Assembly (NCBI GenBank): GCA_934096535.1 | Contig: CAKOMC010000001.1 | Coordinates: 1,255-65,254, forward strand | DNA: 64,000 bases | Direction of reading: 5' to 3' | Origin: an uncultured Bacilli bacterium | GTDB taxonomy: Bacteria; Bacillota_I; Bacilli_A; RF39; UBA660 | In this document: piece after piece, positions 43,159-52,465 of the stretch | How positions within the stretch are numbered: position 1 is the stretch's first letter | Layout: each line of letters begins with the position of its first letter | Notes under the pieces: model-generated | The model's input: only the letters and a program-made list of their open reading frames with translations | Databases searched by the model: none | Told to the model about the DNA's origin: nothing | Position numbers and translations under genes: made by a program

Positions 43159-45000
43159 TTATCTTTTAATACTTACTTGAGTCTCATTATCAAAGGTATT
43201 TTCTATAATATTACTAAGGATATCTAAATTCATCGAAGTACCGTGATTTAATTCATAGCCAGTTCCATAATCGCCATCAATTTTATTTAAGTCAGTCTCT
43301 GCTACTTTATTAATAACTAAGCCGTAAAATTCGACTTTTTCTGGTTCTTTTAAGGCTGATAAATAAGACTTCAAAGTTGTTAATTGTTGTGGTGTTAATT
43401 TAGAAGGTAAATATATATTCATTACATCGCCTTCTACAACCATGACGATTTCTCCAACAGCCGCTAATTTAATACTGGCATTATTTATATCATTAATCCG
43501 ACAACCATACTTTTTTTCAATATAAGATGCTAAAATAGGAGAATGATGCATATCCTCTGCACTATAGGTTTCCAAGATGCCATCTACACCCAAAAACATA
43601 ACAGAGGCTTCATATTCATTAAAGAGTTTTTCTCTGATATGACCGTACGGACTTATTCCCAATTTATTTTTTTGAGAAGAATTTTCCTTTAATAAGCCTT
43701 CTTTTAACTTTTGCATTATCTCATCAATAGTTAATGGTCGATTTGTAACTGCTGGCATAGTAAACAAATATTTTATAATTAGGATGTCTTGCTTTGACAA
43801 CTCACTCTTTTTCAATATTTCTTTAGTTAATTCCGGATAATACACAACAAAATTTAACACATTTAGGAAATACTCATTTCCTATTTCTAGTTTTTCTATT
43901 ACTTTTAAAGCTTCTTCCTTAAAAGTAATGTATGTGCCATTGACTAACAAAGTTAATATTAATTTTCTATCTTCATAGGAAGCATAAGCAAATCTTGAAA
44001 TTGCCTCTCTTTTTAATGTTGGTTCCATTTTTTTAAAAAAATGATTAAAAAAACGGCTCGTTAACAATTCAATATCAGTAAAATGTGCAGTTTTTCCTAA
44101 CAATTTTTTGGTACCGTCATCAATATTTAAAATATTTAAAGGATTTAAAAAAATATTAAGTGAAAGATTAGCGAAATGAGCTATATATTCCGGTCGGAAT
44201 TTATCTATTAATTCAAAAACAAAAATGTGGTCGCTGAAATTTTCAACATCACCATTTGCTTTTACGGTATCAGTGGTATCTACTAACTTTTTAGAAATCC
44301 CCCATTTATGATTTAAGGCACCAGGACTAGTTAGTATGCCCACATGTTTTTCATTTTTTAAAATTTTCTTATATTTTTCAAAAGAATTTGTATTTAGATC
44401 TAAAATAAGTTCTGGCAATACCTCTAATAACTCAGCTAGTTTTTCCTCGTCTACAGAATAATCTGATACTCCATATTTTTTTGAAATTTCTAAGAAATTA
44501 TCTTTAAAATTATCATCTTTAACTAATTTTTTTAAAACAGCTGTCTTTTTATTTATAAGATTACCTATAGACACACTGTCTAGTTTTATTTCATTAAATA
44601 AAGTCGCTTTGCTAACTTTATCATCCACATCAAATAGTAATATTGCATATAAAAGTAAATTATCATTACTTACTTTGTCTCTTAACATTTTTGCTAAAAC
44701 ATTATTATCTTTGATAACATTTGCTACCTGACCGTTATTAAGTAAAATTATATTTTTTATTTCTGGACTAAAGTTACTTTTAACAATTACTGATAACTCC
44801 TCTTCGCTTAAATTATTTAAACTATCTAAATAAGAAAAGCGTTTATAAAAATCCATCATCAATAAATCAATTTTTTCTAATATATCGACATCTAAACTCA
44901 ATATTTTATTTAATATACCGTTAGTAACTCCCTCTTTTTTTATCCTAGCTCGAAAATTATTCAATTCTATTTCTTTAATTTTTTCTTTTATTAAATTCAT
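43159..45000 (-). CDS. large hypothetical protein (613 aa)
   Basis: ORF only. No recognisable catalytic motifs. It lies next to tRNA-Arg. Confidence 0.45.
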   Translation of the reverse strand: MNLIKEKIKEIELNNFRARIKKEGVTNGILNKILSLDVDILEKIDLLMMDFYKRFSYLDSLNNLSEEELSVIVKSNFSPEIKNIILLNNGQVANVIKDNNVLAKMLRDKVSNDNLLLYAILLFDVDDKVSKATLFNEIKLDSVSIGNLINKKTAVLKKLVKDDNFKDNFLEISKKYGVSDYSVDEEKLAELLEVLPELILDLNTNSFEKYKKILKNEKHVGILTSPGALNHKWGISKKLVDTTDTVKANGDVENFSDHIFVFELIDKFRPEYIAHFANLSLNIFLNPLNILNIDDGTKKLLGKTAHFTDIELLTSRFFNHFFKKMEPTLKREAISRFAYASYEDRKLILTLLVNGTYITFKEEALKVIEKLEIGNEYFLNVLNFVVYYPELTKEILKKSELSKQDILIIKYLFTMPAVTNRPLTIDEIMQKLKEGLLKENSSQKNKLGISPYGHIREKLFNEYEASVMFLGVDGILETYSAEDMHHSPILASYIEKKYGCRINDINNASIKLAAVGEIVMVVEGDVMNIYLPSKLTPQQLTTLKSYLSALKEPEKVEFYGLVINKVAETDLNKIDGDYGTGYELNHGTSMNLDILSNIIENTFDNETQVSIKR

Positions 45001-45078
45001 TTTATTACACCTACCTCTTTAGTATATCATAACTTACTGTCTAATATTTTTTTTATTTACTTAAAAGTTAAAAAAGAA

Positions 45079-45615
45079 CTATACAGTCATTAGTTCTTCT
45101 TCTTTTTCTTTTTGTTTTTCATCCACAATTTTATTATATTTATTAATTAAATTTTGAACATCATTAAGACTGCTCTTCTCTTGGTCTTCTGGAAGTTCTA
45201 ACTTTTTAATTTCGGCATTTGCATCTTGACGAATATTTCTTAAAGCTACTTTAGCATCTTCACTTAAAACTTTAGCCTGTTTAACATATTCTCTTCTTTT
45301 ATCTTCAGTTAAAGTGGGAATAGTTATAATAAGCATTTCCCCATTATTAGTTGGATTAATTCCTAGGTTAGCAGCAATAATCGCATGTTCAATATTTTTC
45401 AAAGTGCTTCTATCAAATGGTTTAACAAATAATTGGCGAGCCTCAGGAACAGTAATATTAGCAATGCTACTAATTGGTGTTGGTGTTCCATAAAAATCAA
45501 CCATCACGCCATTTAGCATGGAAGGATTAGCGCGCCCTGCTCGGATATTTATATATCTTTCTTCCAGATTTTCAATTGCTTTCATCATCTTTATTTCAAA
45601 TTCATCTAAGTTCAT
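45079..45615 (-). CDS. frr: ribosome recycling factor
   Basis: ...NIRAGRANPSMLNGVMVDFYGTPTPISSIANITVPEARQLFVKPFD is the RRF signature. Size is 178 aa. Confidence 0.92.
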   Translation of the reverse strand: MNLDEFEIKMMKAIENLEERYINIRAGRANPSMLNGVMVDFYGTPTPISSIANITVPEARQLFVKPFDRSTLKNIEHAIIAANLGINPTNNGEMLIITIPTLTEDKRREYVKQAKVLSEDAKVALRNIRQDANAEIKKLELPEDQEKSSLNDVQNLINKYNKIVDEKQKEKEEELMTV

Positions 45616-45657
45616 ATAGTTTTTCTAATCTTTTTTAAGACTAGTTCCTTTCTTTTT

Positions 45658-46362
45658 TTAATTAATCTTTACAGTATCATTATAAGTGATATCCCCACTA
45701 TTTACAAGCAAATTCATAATGGTATTACCATATTTATCAATGTATAGTTCATAAGTTTTTATAGTTGTATTTTCTTTATCTTTTAAATAATTTTCTTTTG
45801 CTTCTTCGATACTATTATTTGTTATTTTACCAGCACTTTTTATTTCGTCCAGACTCATTATATGACCATCTTTTTTACTAAAGGTATAATATTTTAAAGT
45901 GTTATTATCTTCATCACTTGTTATATTTATATGTCCTTTAATAGTTCCAACCGTTATATAATTATCACTTTCTAATATATCATATTTCAAATAGTCAGCT
46001 TCATAAATCTTATTATCATCATCTAATTCATAAACAATATCTTTTTTATCAATAACAACTTCATCTATGGTTTTAATACTTTTTTCAGCCTTAATCATTT
46101 CTTCATTTAATAAGTTTTCTAATTCCTTAGCGTCCTTACTATCAAAATTAAGATGAATAGTATTATAAACTAAGTCTAAATCTTCGGATACAGTCTTGAT
46201 ATCAGTAAAATAAACATAATCTTTCGAGTTATCCATTCTTATATCTACAATTTTAGTAGTTGGCTTTTGACCTTTATTTCTAATTAAATAGTTACCACCT
46301 AATAAAAGTACAAAAATAATTAAGACAAACATGGTAACACTAAGATAATTCTTTTCTTGCAT
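45658..46362 (-). CDS. membrane-anchored hypothetical protein (234 aa)
   Basis: An N-terminal transmembrane helix followed by a soluble domain. Confidence 0.4.
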   Translation of the reverse strand: MQEKNYLSVTMFVLIIFVLLLGGNYLIRNKGQKPTTKIVDIRMDNSKDYVYFTDIKTVSEDLDLVYNTIHLNFDSKDAKELENLLNEEMIKAEKSIKTIDEVVIDKKDIVYELDDDNKIYEADYLKYDILESDNYITVGTIKGHINITSDEDNNTLKYYTFSKKDGHIMSLDEIKSAGKITNNSIEEAKENYLKDKENTTIKTYELYIDKYGNTIMNLLVNSGDITYNDTVKIN

Positions 46363-46940
46363 TAGTTATAATCCGCCTCACTTAAATAAGTATTTATTTT
46401 GTTGTGAAAACTCGTAATTGCATCTTCATTCCAATAAGTATCGGGTCTCATATCAAAAGATACTAAAGATGTTTCGTCATCATAATTAATAATTTTACCA
46501 TCTTTAACAAATATTAAAGCCGGTGTAAATAGGTATTCTGCTCCCATATCCGTAATTTTTAAATATTTACTAAGTAAATCTTCTATTTGTCTAAAATTTT
46601 TCGTCTTTTTAGTTCTATCTTCTATAACATCATAATAATAAACTTTCGTAATATTATTTTCTTTTAAAACGGGGTATAGTTCCCGAACATATTCTTGCAT
46701 CCACGCATTACTAGAAAACCCTACTAGGATAATTCCCGTCTCATTATTTAAAATATTTAAAACTCGATTAGAATTAACATAAACAAAGGGATTATCCGTA
46801 TCAATAGTTGTATATTCTTTACTAAATCGTTCCGCATCAGTTATGGTACTACTAAAATCTTTTTTTCCTAAGTAGACAAAGCACCATATCAAAAAAGCAA
46901 ATAAAACTAAATATATAAAATTTCTTGTTATTTTTTTCAT
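46362..46940 (-). CDS. membrane-anchored hypothetical protein (192 aa)
   Basis: An N-terminal transmembrane helix followed by a soluble domain. It is translationally coupled to the upstream gene. Confidence 0.4.
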   Translation of the reverse strand: MKKITRNFIYLVLFAFLIWCFVYLGKKDFSSTITDAERFSKEYTTIDTDNPFVYVNSNRVLNILNNETGIILVGFSSNAWMQEYVRELYPVLKENNITKVYYYDVIEDRTKKTKNFRQIEDLLSKYLKITDMGAEYLFTPALIFVKDGKIINYDDETSLVSFDMRPDTYWNEDAITSFHNKINTYLSEADYN

Positions 46941-46954
46941 TAAATCATTACTTC

Positions 46955-48229
46955 CTAATCTTTGAATTTAAAAACATAACCCTCAATTTCAATGTCATCA
47001 TTTAAAGTTGCCCCAGCATTAAGCAAGGCTTCTTCAACACCCATACCTTTTAATTTTCTAGAAAATCTTGCCACGGACTCATCTTCCGTAAACTTGGTCA
47101 TCTTAAATAATTTACTAATCTCAGTTCCTTCAACACGCCACATGCCATTAACTTTTTTTACTGTAAAAGGTAGGACATTTTCATATTTGTAAACAACATG
47201 AGAAGCATAATCTTCTTCTGAATATAGCTCATCTTTAGGAGTTTTCTCGATTATATCCATTAATCTAGTCATGGCTTTATCAATTCCGTCTTGCTTAATT
47301 GCTGAAATTGGTATTACTTCAACATCAGGATATGCTTTTTTAAATTTTTCTAAATTAGCCTTGGCATCTGGCAAATCCATTTTATTAGCTAATACAATCA
47401 TTGGTTTACCCGTCATTTTCTTACTATATTTATTAATCTCGGTATTAATAATTTTGTAGTCGCAGATGGGATCGCGGCCTTCACTACTTCCCATATCCAC
47501 TACATGGGCTAAAACTTTGGTACGCTCAGCATGTCTTAAAAATTTAAGTCCTAAACCAACGCCATCGGCGGCTCCTTCGATTAACCCCGGTAAATCTGCC
47601 ATGACAAAACTACGACCGTCATTTAATTTTACCACCCCTAAATTAGGTGATAATGTTGTAAAATGATAAGCAGCAATTTTCGGTTTAGATGATGATATTA
47701 CTGATAAAAGAGTAGACTTACCAACACTTGGAAAACCAACTAACCCCACATCAGCTAATACTTTAAGTTCACATTTGATTAGTTTTTCTTCCCCTGGTTC
47801 CCCATACTCACTAGTTTTAGGTGCAGGATTTTCATGTGTTGCAAACGCTTTATTACCACGGCCCCCACGACCACCTTGGCAAATCGTAAAACGCTCTTTA
47901 TCATGAGTTAAATCAACTAAAACTAAATTGGTATTAGCATCATACACAGTTGTTCCTTCCGGAACTTTAATGATTATATCTTTAGCATCAGCCCCCGTAC
48001 GATTAGACCCTTTACCATTATCGCCCTTTTCGCCTTTAACAATTTTATTATATCTTAAATCAACTAATGTTCTTAAACCTTTATCAACTTCAAAAATAAT
48101 ATTTGCTCCATGACCGCCATTGGCCCCATCTGGTCCTAAATTAGGCATACACTTTTCATGATGAAAAGAAGTACAACCATCTCCACCTTTACCTGCTATT
48201 AATTTTATTGTTATCTCATCTACAAACAT
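46955..48229 (-). CDS. obg: GTPase Obg/CgtA
   Basis: MFVDEITIKLIAGKGGDGCTSFHHEKCMPNLGPDGANGGHGANI is the Obg fold. G1 is GFPSVGKST and G3 is DLPGLIEGA. A C-terminal OCT domain is present. Confidence 0.92.
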   Translation of the reverse strand: MFVDEITIKLIAGKGGDGCTSFHHEKCMPNLGPDGANGGHGANIIFEVDKGLRTLVDLRYNKIVKGEKGDNGKGSNRTGADAKDIIIKVPEGTTVYDANTNLVLVDLTHDKERFTICQGGRGGRGNKAFATHENPAPKTSEYGEPGEEKLIKCELKVLADVGLVGFPSVGKSTLLSVISSSKPKIAAYHFTTLSPNLGVVKLNDGRSFVMADLPGLIEGAADGVGLGLKFLRHAERTKVLAHVVDMGSSEGRDPICDYKIINTEINKYSKKMTGKPMIVLANKMDLPDAKANLEKFKKAYPDVEVIPISAIKQDGIDKAMTRLMDIIEKTPKDELYSEEDYASHVVYKYENVLPFTVKKVNGMWRVEGTEISKLFKMTKFTEDESVARFSRKLKGMGVEEALLNAGATLNDDIEIEGYVFKFKD

Positions 48230-48379
48230 TATAATGCACCTTCATTTCTTCTTTATTTTATCAAATTACTTATAGTATGTCTAACTAAATTAATTCTATT
48301 TACAAGATACTTAACATTTTCAAAGTTATTCATTTTTATTTTCAAACTCTTATCTTTAAGCTTTAAAAAAACTATGCTT

Positions 48380-48589
48380 TTACATAAATCTGTTCATTTG
48401 ACGCATAGTTTCTTTTATTTGTTTCTGTGAAGGTTTCCTTCCCATACTACTAAACATAACTTCGATCATTTTCTCATTAATTGGGGGATTTTTCTTCATT
48501 TCTTTTTGGACTAATTTTCTTGTTACTATAAATCCAATAACAAAGCCAATAATAAGTCCTAAAAGAATTAATAATATATCATGTAACAT
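48380..48589 (-). CDS. UPF0154 (YneF-like) small membrane protein
   Basis: ILLILLGLIIGFVIGFIVTRKLVQKEMKKNPPINEKMIEVMFSSMGRKPSQKQI matches the YneF family pattern. Confidence 0.7.
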   Translation of the reverse strand: MLHDILLILLGLIIGFVIGFIVTRKLVQKEMKKNPPINEKMIEVMFSSMGRKPSQKQIKETMRQMNRFM

Positions 48590-48631
48590 AATAATTCTCC
48601 TTACGAGAAGATTGTACTAAAAAAAGTATTT

Positions 48632-49054
48632 TTAAGCAATACTTTCTATCCAAAAATAATCCTGATTTTGAAAATCACAAGCAAAAAGATTACTATTTGT
48701 CTTTAGTTTACTAAAAAACTCTGGTTTAGCAGCTGTTGTTTCCATAACTAAATAAGCATTGCCAATTTTTAGTTTAGTTTCTTCATCATTATAGTAGTTA
48801 TTGTAAATATGCGTATTCATAAATTTTGTATAATGGTCATTATTACGATAACTCGTAAACAAATAATTATTTAGTTCTAATTTGTTAATCGGGCTAACCA
48901 TCTTCTCATACATATTTATCCCATATTCTTGTTCATTACTATTTAACATGTAAATATTTTGAAATGACTTAAATAAGTTATAGGGACAAACTCTTGTCAT
49001 TTTCTTAAACTCATTATTAATATTAAAAATATAAAACTTTCTCAAATTTATCAC
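48632..49054 (-). CDS. hypothetical protein (140 aa)
   Basis: ORF only. It is divergent from variable-family gene 1. Confidence 0.35.
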   Translation of the reverse strand: MINLRKFYIFNINNEFKKMTRVCPYNLFKSFQNIYMLNSNEQEYGINMYEKMVSPINKLELNNYLFTSYRNNDHYTKFMNTHIYNNYYNDEETKLKIGNAYLVMETTAAKPEFFSKLKTNSNLFACDFQNQDYFWIESIA

Positions 49055-49141
49055 CTATTAAAAGTATATATGATTACTTTGAAAAATTATGTCGAATTAT
49101 TAGACCTGTTAAAACTTTTTTCAGGTCTTAAAAGCTCAAAA

Positions 49142-49166
49142 TTCATAGAGTATAAAACTCTATGAA
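49142..49166. repeat. recombination-site-like element (9-bp palindromic arms + 7-bp core TATAAAA)
   Basis: Seen directly in the sequence. Confidence 0.7.
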
Positions 49167-49394
49167 AGCTAATTTTCGGTATCTCTATTTAACTTATAAC
49201 TTAAATATACCATAGTTTTTCTTCTTTTTAAAGGAGATTTTTTATAGTTTTATAGTCAAATTTCTAGTCAAGAGCTTTTATGTCAAAGCCAGTATTTACC
49301 TTGTTTTCAATCCATTTTTTTAGTCAAATAAAAATAAAATTTCTGGTCAAAATTATCGTCAAGCGCCTAATTTTACTAGGTTTTTCCTACTATT

Positions 49395-49419
49395 TTCATA
49401 GAGTTTTATACTCTATGAA
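49395..49419. repeat. recombination-site-like element (core TTTTATA, reverse complement of the 49142 site core)
   Basis: Seen directly in the sequence. Confidence 0.7.
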
Positions 49420-49451
49420 GCCTAAAGTTCGACAAATAAGGAGTTTTGACT

Positions 49452-50612
49452 ATGAAAAAGAAATATCTTATAACGAGGTTTATAATAATTTTAGGAACAC
49501 TTGTTCTCTCAAGAATAAATATAAGTAACAATAAAGACTTAGCAGTTTATATTGAAAACGAACTAAATTCATCAATTCCTGCTAGTAACGAGAATCTTTA
49601 TGTAAATAAAATAGATTGTGATAACAATGTAAATGCTTATTGGGATAATGATAAATGGGGTTTATTTATTAGTAACTTTTCTAAAAAAACTAAGTGTAAC
49701 TTATACTTTATCCATGATACTGAAAAGCCTTATTGGCAAATGGAAAGTGTTGAAAAAGTAAATGTTTTATCAACTGATATCTTGGAATTTAAAATTGCTG
49801 GCACCGATTCTTTAGGCAATGTCTCTTCTAATCTTGATATTAGTAATTTATCCTTCTATGTTAATGACGAATTAGAAAGTCCAATTAAAGTTGAACTTAC
49901 TAAGTTAGAAGAATTAAATAAAAAGATAACCTACTCTATAAAAGTCCACATGGTTGGAGGAGCCGGCAATCTAAAAGTTAAAATCAGTAGTGGTACTTTA
50001 ACTGATACTAGTAATAATCAAAATGCTGAAATAACTTTAGATACTGGAATTAATGTAAGTAAAAATCCGGCTAAAATTTTTAATTTTTATACCGATAAAT
50101 TTCCAGAAAATTCTGTCTGGCCGAAATACTATCGAAATCTATTAAATAATTATTACAATGATGTTACGCATAGTAATAATCCTACTCTAGATGAAATAGC
50201 TTCTGGAGATTATGATTTAATATTTTTTAATAATGATTGTTGGACTGTACCACCCGTAGCAAATTATATTTTTAGTTTGGGCATTAATGTATTTAGCGTT
50301 GGAAATGACAGCACTTCTGCTCTTGACATAATTAGCACATTTACCGAAAATAATAAAGTTGGTAACCATAAAAAAGTAATAAATAATGGCTTGACACACT
50401 ACTTACCTGATTTATTCGCTGGTAGCGAAGATAATTTAAATTTAATCAAATTTTCAGAAGAGGCTACTGTTCTTTACAAAAACGAAACTAACAACACAGA
50501 ATATGACAGTATTGGTTATATGATTAAAAACAATAAAATATGGTTGCATTCTCAATATATATCGAGTAATTATGTTATTCCTATGATACAATTTGCGCTT
50601 GGACAACTATAA
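49452..50612 (+). CDS. variable-family secreted/membrane-anchored protein 1 (conserved N-terminal module + divergent C-terminal domain)
   Basis: RBS AAGGAG lies 8 nt before the ATG at 49452 (the ORF-track start at 49446 is a TTG). MKKKYLITRFIIILGTLVLS is a signal anchor. The module is ...NKIDCDNNVNAYWDNDKWGLFISNFSKKTKCNLYF. Confidence 0.8.
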   Translation: MKKKYLITRFIIILGTLVLSRINISNNKDLAVYIENELNSSIPASNENLYVNKIDCDNNVNAYWDNDKWGLFISNFSKKTKCNLYFIHDTEKPYWQMESVEKVNVLSTDILEFKIAGTDSLGNVSSNLDISNLSFYVNDELESPIKVELTKLEELNKKITYSIKVHMVGGAGNLKVKISSGTLTDTSNNQNAEITLDTGINVSKNPAKIFNFYTDKFPENSVWPKYYRNLLNNYYNDVTHSNNPTLDEIASGDYDLIFFNNDCWTVPPVANYIFSLGINVFSVGNDSTSALDIISTFTENNKVGNHKKVINNGLTHYLPDLFAGSEDNLNLIKFSEEATVLYKNETNNTEYDSIGYMIKNNKIWLHSQYISSNYVIPMIQFALGQL

Positions 50613-50638
50613 TTAATTTATGACCAAAAAAGCAAAAT

Positions 50639-50663
50639 TTCATAGAACATATTACTCTATGAA
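50639..50663. repeat. recombination-site-like element (core CATATTA; one arm mismatch)
   Basis: Seen directly in the sequence. Confidence 0.65.
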
Positions 50664-50903
50664 AGCAGAAAATCGACATTTATTTTTAATTTATATGTTA
50701 ACTATATCACAGTTTTAAGGCTTTTAAAAGAGTCTTTTTTTATCTATTATAGTCATTTTTGTAGTCAAATAATTTTGGTATAAAGTCTGTAAATCCAAGA
50801 CTCTGTAGAAAAATTTGTAGTCAAATATTCACATTCTTTTGTGGTCAAAATTCATGGTCAAAATTTTTCAATCCTCAATAAATACGGGCTTTGCAAGCCA
50901 TTT

Positions 50904-50928
50904 TTCATAGAGTAATATGCTCTATGAA
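50904..50928. repeat. recombination-site-like element (core TAATATG)
   Basis: Seen directly in the sequence. Confidence 0.7.
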
Positions 50929-50960
50929 GCCTAAAGTTCGACAAATAAGGAGTTTTGACT

Positions 50961-52121
50961 ATGAAAAAGAAATATTTTATAACGGGGTTTATAATAATTT
51001 TAGGAATACTTGTTCTCTCAAGAATAAATTTAAATAACAATAAAGACTTAGCGGTTTATATTGAAAACGAACTAAATTCATCAATTCCCGCTAGTAATGA
51101 GAATCTTTATGTAAATAAAATAGATTGTGATAACAATGTAAATGCTTATTGGGATAATGATAACTAGGGTTTATTTATTAGTAACTTTTCTAAAAAAACT
51201 AAGTGTAACTTGTACTTTATCCATGATACTGAAAAGCCTTATTGGCAAATTGAAGAGGTTGAAAAAACAAGTGTTTTATCTACGGATATCTTTACTATAA
51301 AAATTTCTGGTAATGATTCATTAAGTAAAGTTACATCAAGTCTTGATACAAGTAGTTTATCATTTTATGTTAACGACACTTTGCAATCACCAATTAAAGT
51401 TGAACTTACTAAACTAGAAGAATCAAACAAAAAAATCATCTACTCTCTCAAAGTCCATATGATTGGTGGCGAAGGAAATCTAAAGTTAAAAATTAATAGT
51501 AACACTTTAACAGATAATGAAACCAATCAAAATGATGAAATTACATTAGACACAGGCATTACTGTAAGTAAAAATTCGGCTAAAATCTTGCATTATTATA
51601 GTACAAACGAAACTGAGGCTAGTATTCACTCCAACAAAGAAACACTAGATAAATACTATAATAATGTTACACATACAAACAACTATACACAAGAAAAAAT
51701 CATTTCCGAAAAATTTGATTTAGTATTTTTAAACTCTTCCGTTTGGGGAGTCCCTTCTACAGCAAACAATATTTTTAGTGCCAATATAAATTTGCTTAGC
51801 CTTGGCAATGATACAAATGACTATTTGGATATAATTAAAACCAGTGCTTCCAGCAAGTCGTCGGTAAATTCTTCGATGAAAGTATTGAATAACAAACTAA
51901 CATATTATATGCCTGATTATATTGCAGGCAGCACCGACAGTCAAAGACTAATTAAATTTAATAGCGATGTTAATATTTTATATAAAAATACTACAAATGA
52001 TGTCGAATATGATTCTATTGGTTACATTGAGCAAAATGGAAGAACTTGGCTACATTCTCAAATTGCTGAAAGCCAATATTACATTATTCCAATGGTGCAA
52101 TTTACGCTTGGTCAACTATAA
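50961..52121 (+). pseudogene. variable-family gene 2, interrupted by a single in-frame TAG (TGG to TAG in the conserved W of the ...WDNDN-W-GLFISNF motif)
   Basis: ORFs 50955-51167 and 51210-52121 are in the same frame. The stop codon at 51165-51167 replaces the Trp codon that genes 1 and 3 carry at the equivalent position (gataaatgggg vs gataactaggg). The downstream reading continues GLFISNFSKKTKCNLYFIHDTEKPYWQ... Confidence 0.7.
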
Positions 52122-52144
52122 TATTATTAGTTAACCTCTTATTT

Positions 52145-52169
52145 TTCATAGAGCTTATAACTCTATGAA
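52145..52169. repeat. recombination-site-like element (core CTTATAA)
   Basis: Seen directly in the sequence. Confidence 0.7.
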
Positions 52170-52409
52170 AGCAGAAAATCGACATTTATTTTTAATTTAT
52201 ATGTTAACTATATCACAGTTTGAAGGCTTTTAAAAGAGTCTTTTTTTATCTATTATAGTCATTTTTGTAGTCAAATAATTTTAACTTAAAGTCTATAAAC
52301 TCAAGGCTTTGTAGGAAAATTTGTAGTCAAATATTCACATTCTTTTGTGGTCAAAATTTATGGTCAAATTTTTATAAGCTAAGGTAAGCACCGACTTCGA
52401 AGGCCATTT

Positions 52410-52434
52410 TTCATAGAGTTATAAGCTCTATGAA
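52410..52434. repeat. recombination-site-like element (core TTATAAG)
   Basis: Seen directly in the sequence. Confidence 0.7.
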
Positions 52435-52465
52435 GCCTAAAATTCGTTAAAAAGGAGTTTTGACT

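Larger units (their letters stand above)
49142..49419. other. putative invertible DNA switch 1 (IR-flanked cassette upstream of family gene 1)
   Basis: The left site at 49142-49166 is TTCATAGAG-TATAAAA-CTCTATGAA. The right site at 49395-49419 is TTCATAGAG-TTTTATA-CTCTATGAA. The cores are exact reverse complements. The interior carries iterated T(A/G)GTCAA(A/G) direct repeats. Confidence 0.6.
50639..50928. other. putative invertible DNA switch 2
   Basis: The left site at 50639-50663 is TTCATAGAA-CATATTA-CTCTATGAA. The right site at 50904-50928 is TTCATAGAG-TAATATG-CTCTATGAA. The cores are reverse complements. The interior is near-identical to switch 3 and has repeated TTGTAGTCAAAT / TTGTGGTCAAAAT / TCATGGTCAAAAT motifs. 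Confidence 0.6.
52145..52434. other. putative invertible DNA switch 3
   Basis: The left site at 52145-52169 is TTCATAGAG-CTTATAA-CTCTATGAA. The right site at 52410-52434 is TTCATAGAG-TTATAAG-CTCTATGAA. The cores are reverse complements. Confidence 0.6.

Noticed and set aside
49142-49166. Interpreting the TTCATAGAG-N7-CTCTATGAA elements as simple rho-independent terminators
   Set aside because: No U-tract follows on the coding strand at the gene-proximal copies, and the stems are weak AT-rich 9-mers. A terminator reading also does not explain why the 7-nt cores are exact reverse complements within a pair and differ between loci. A weak minus-strand terminator function for some distal copies cannot be excluded.
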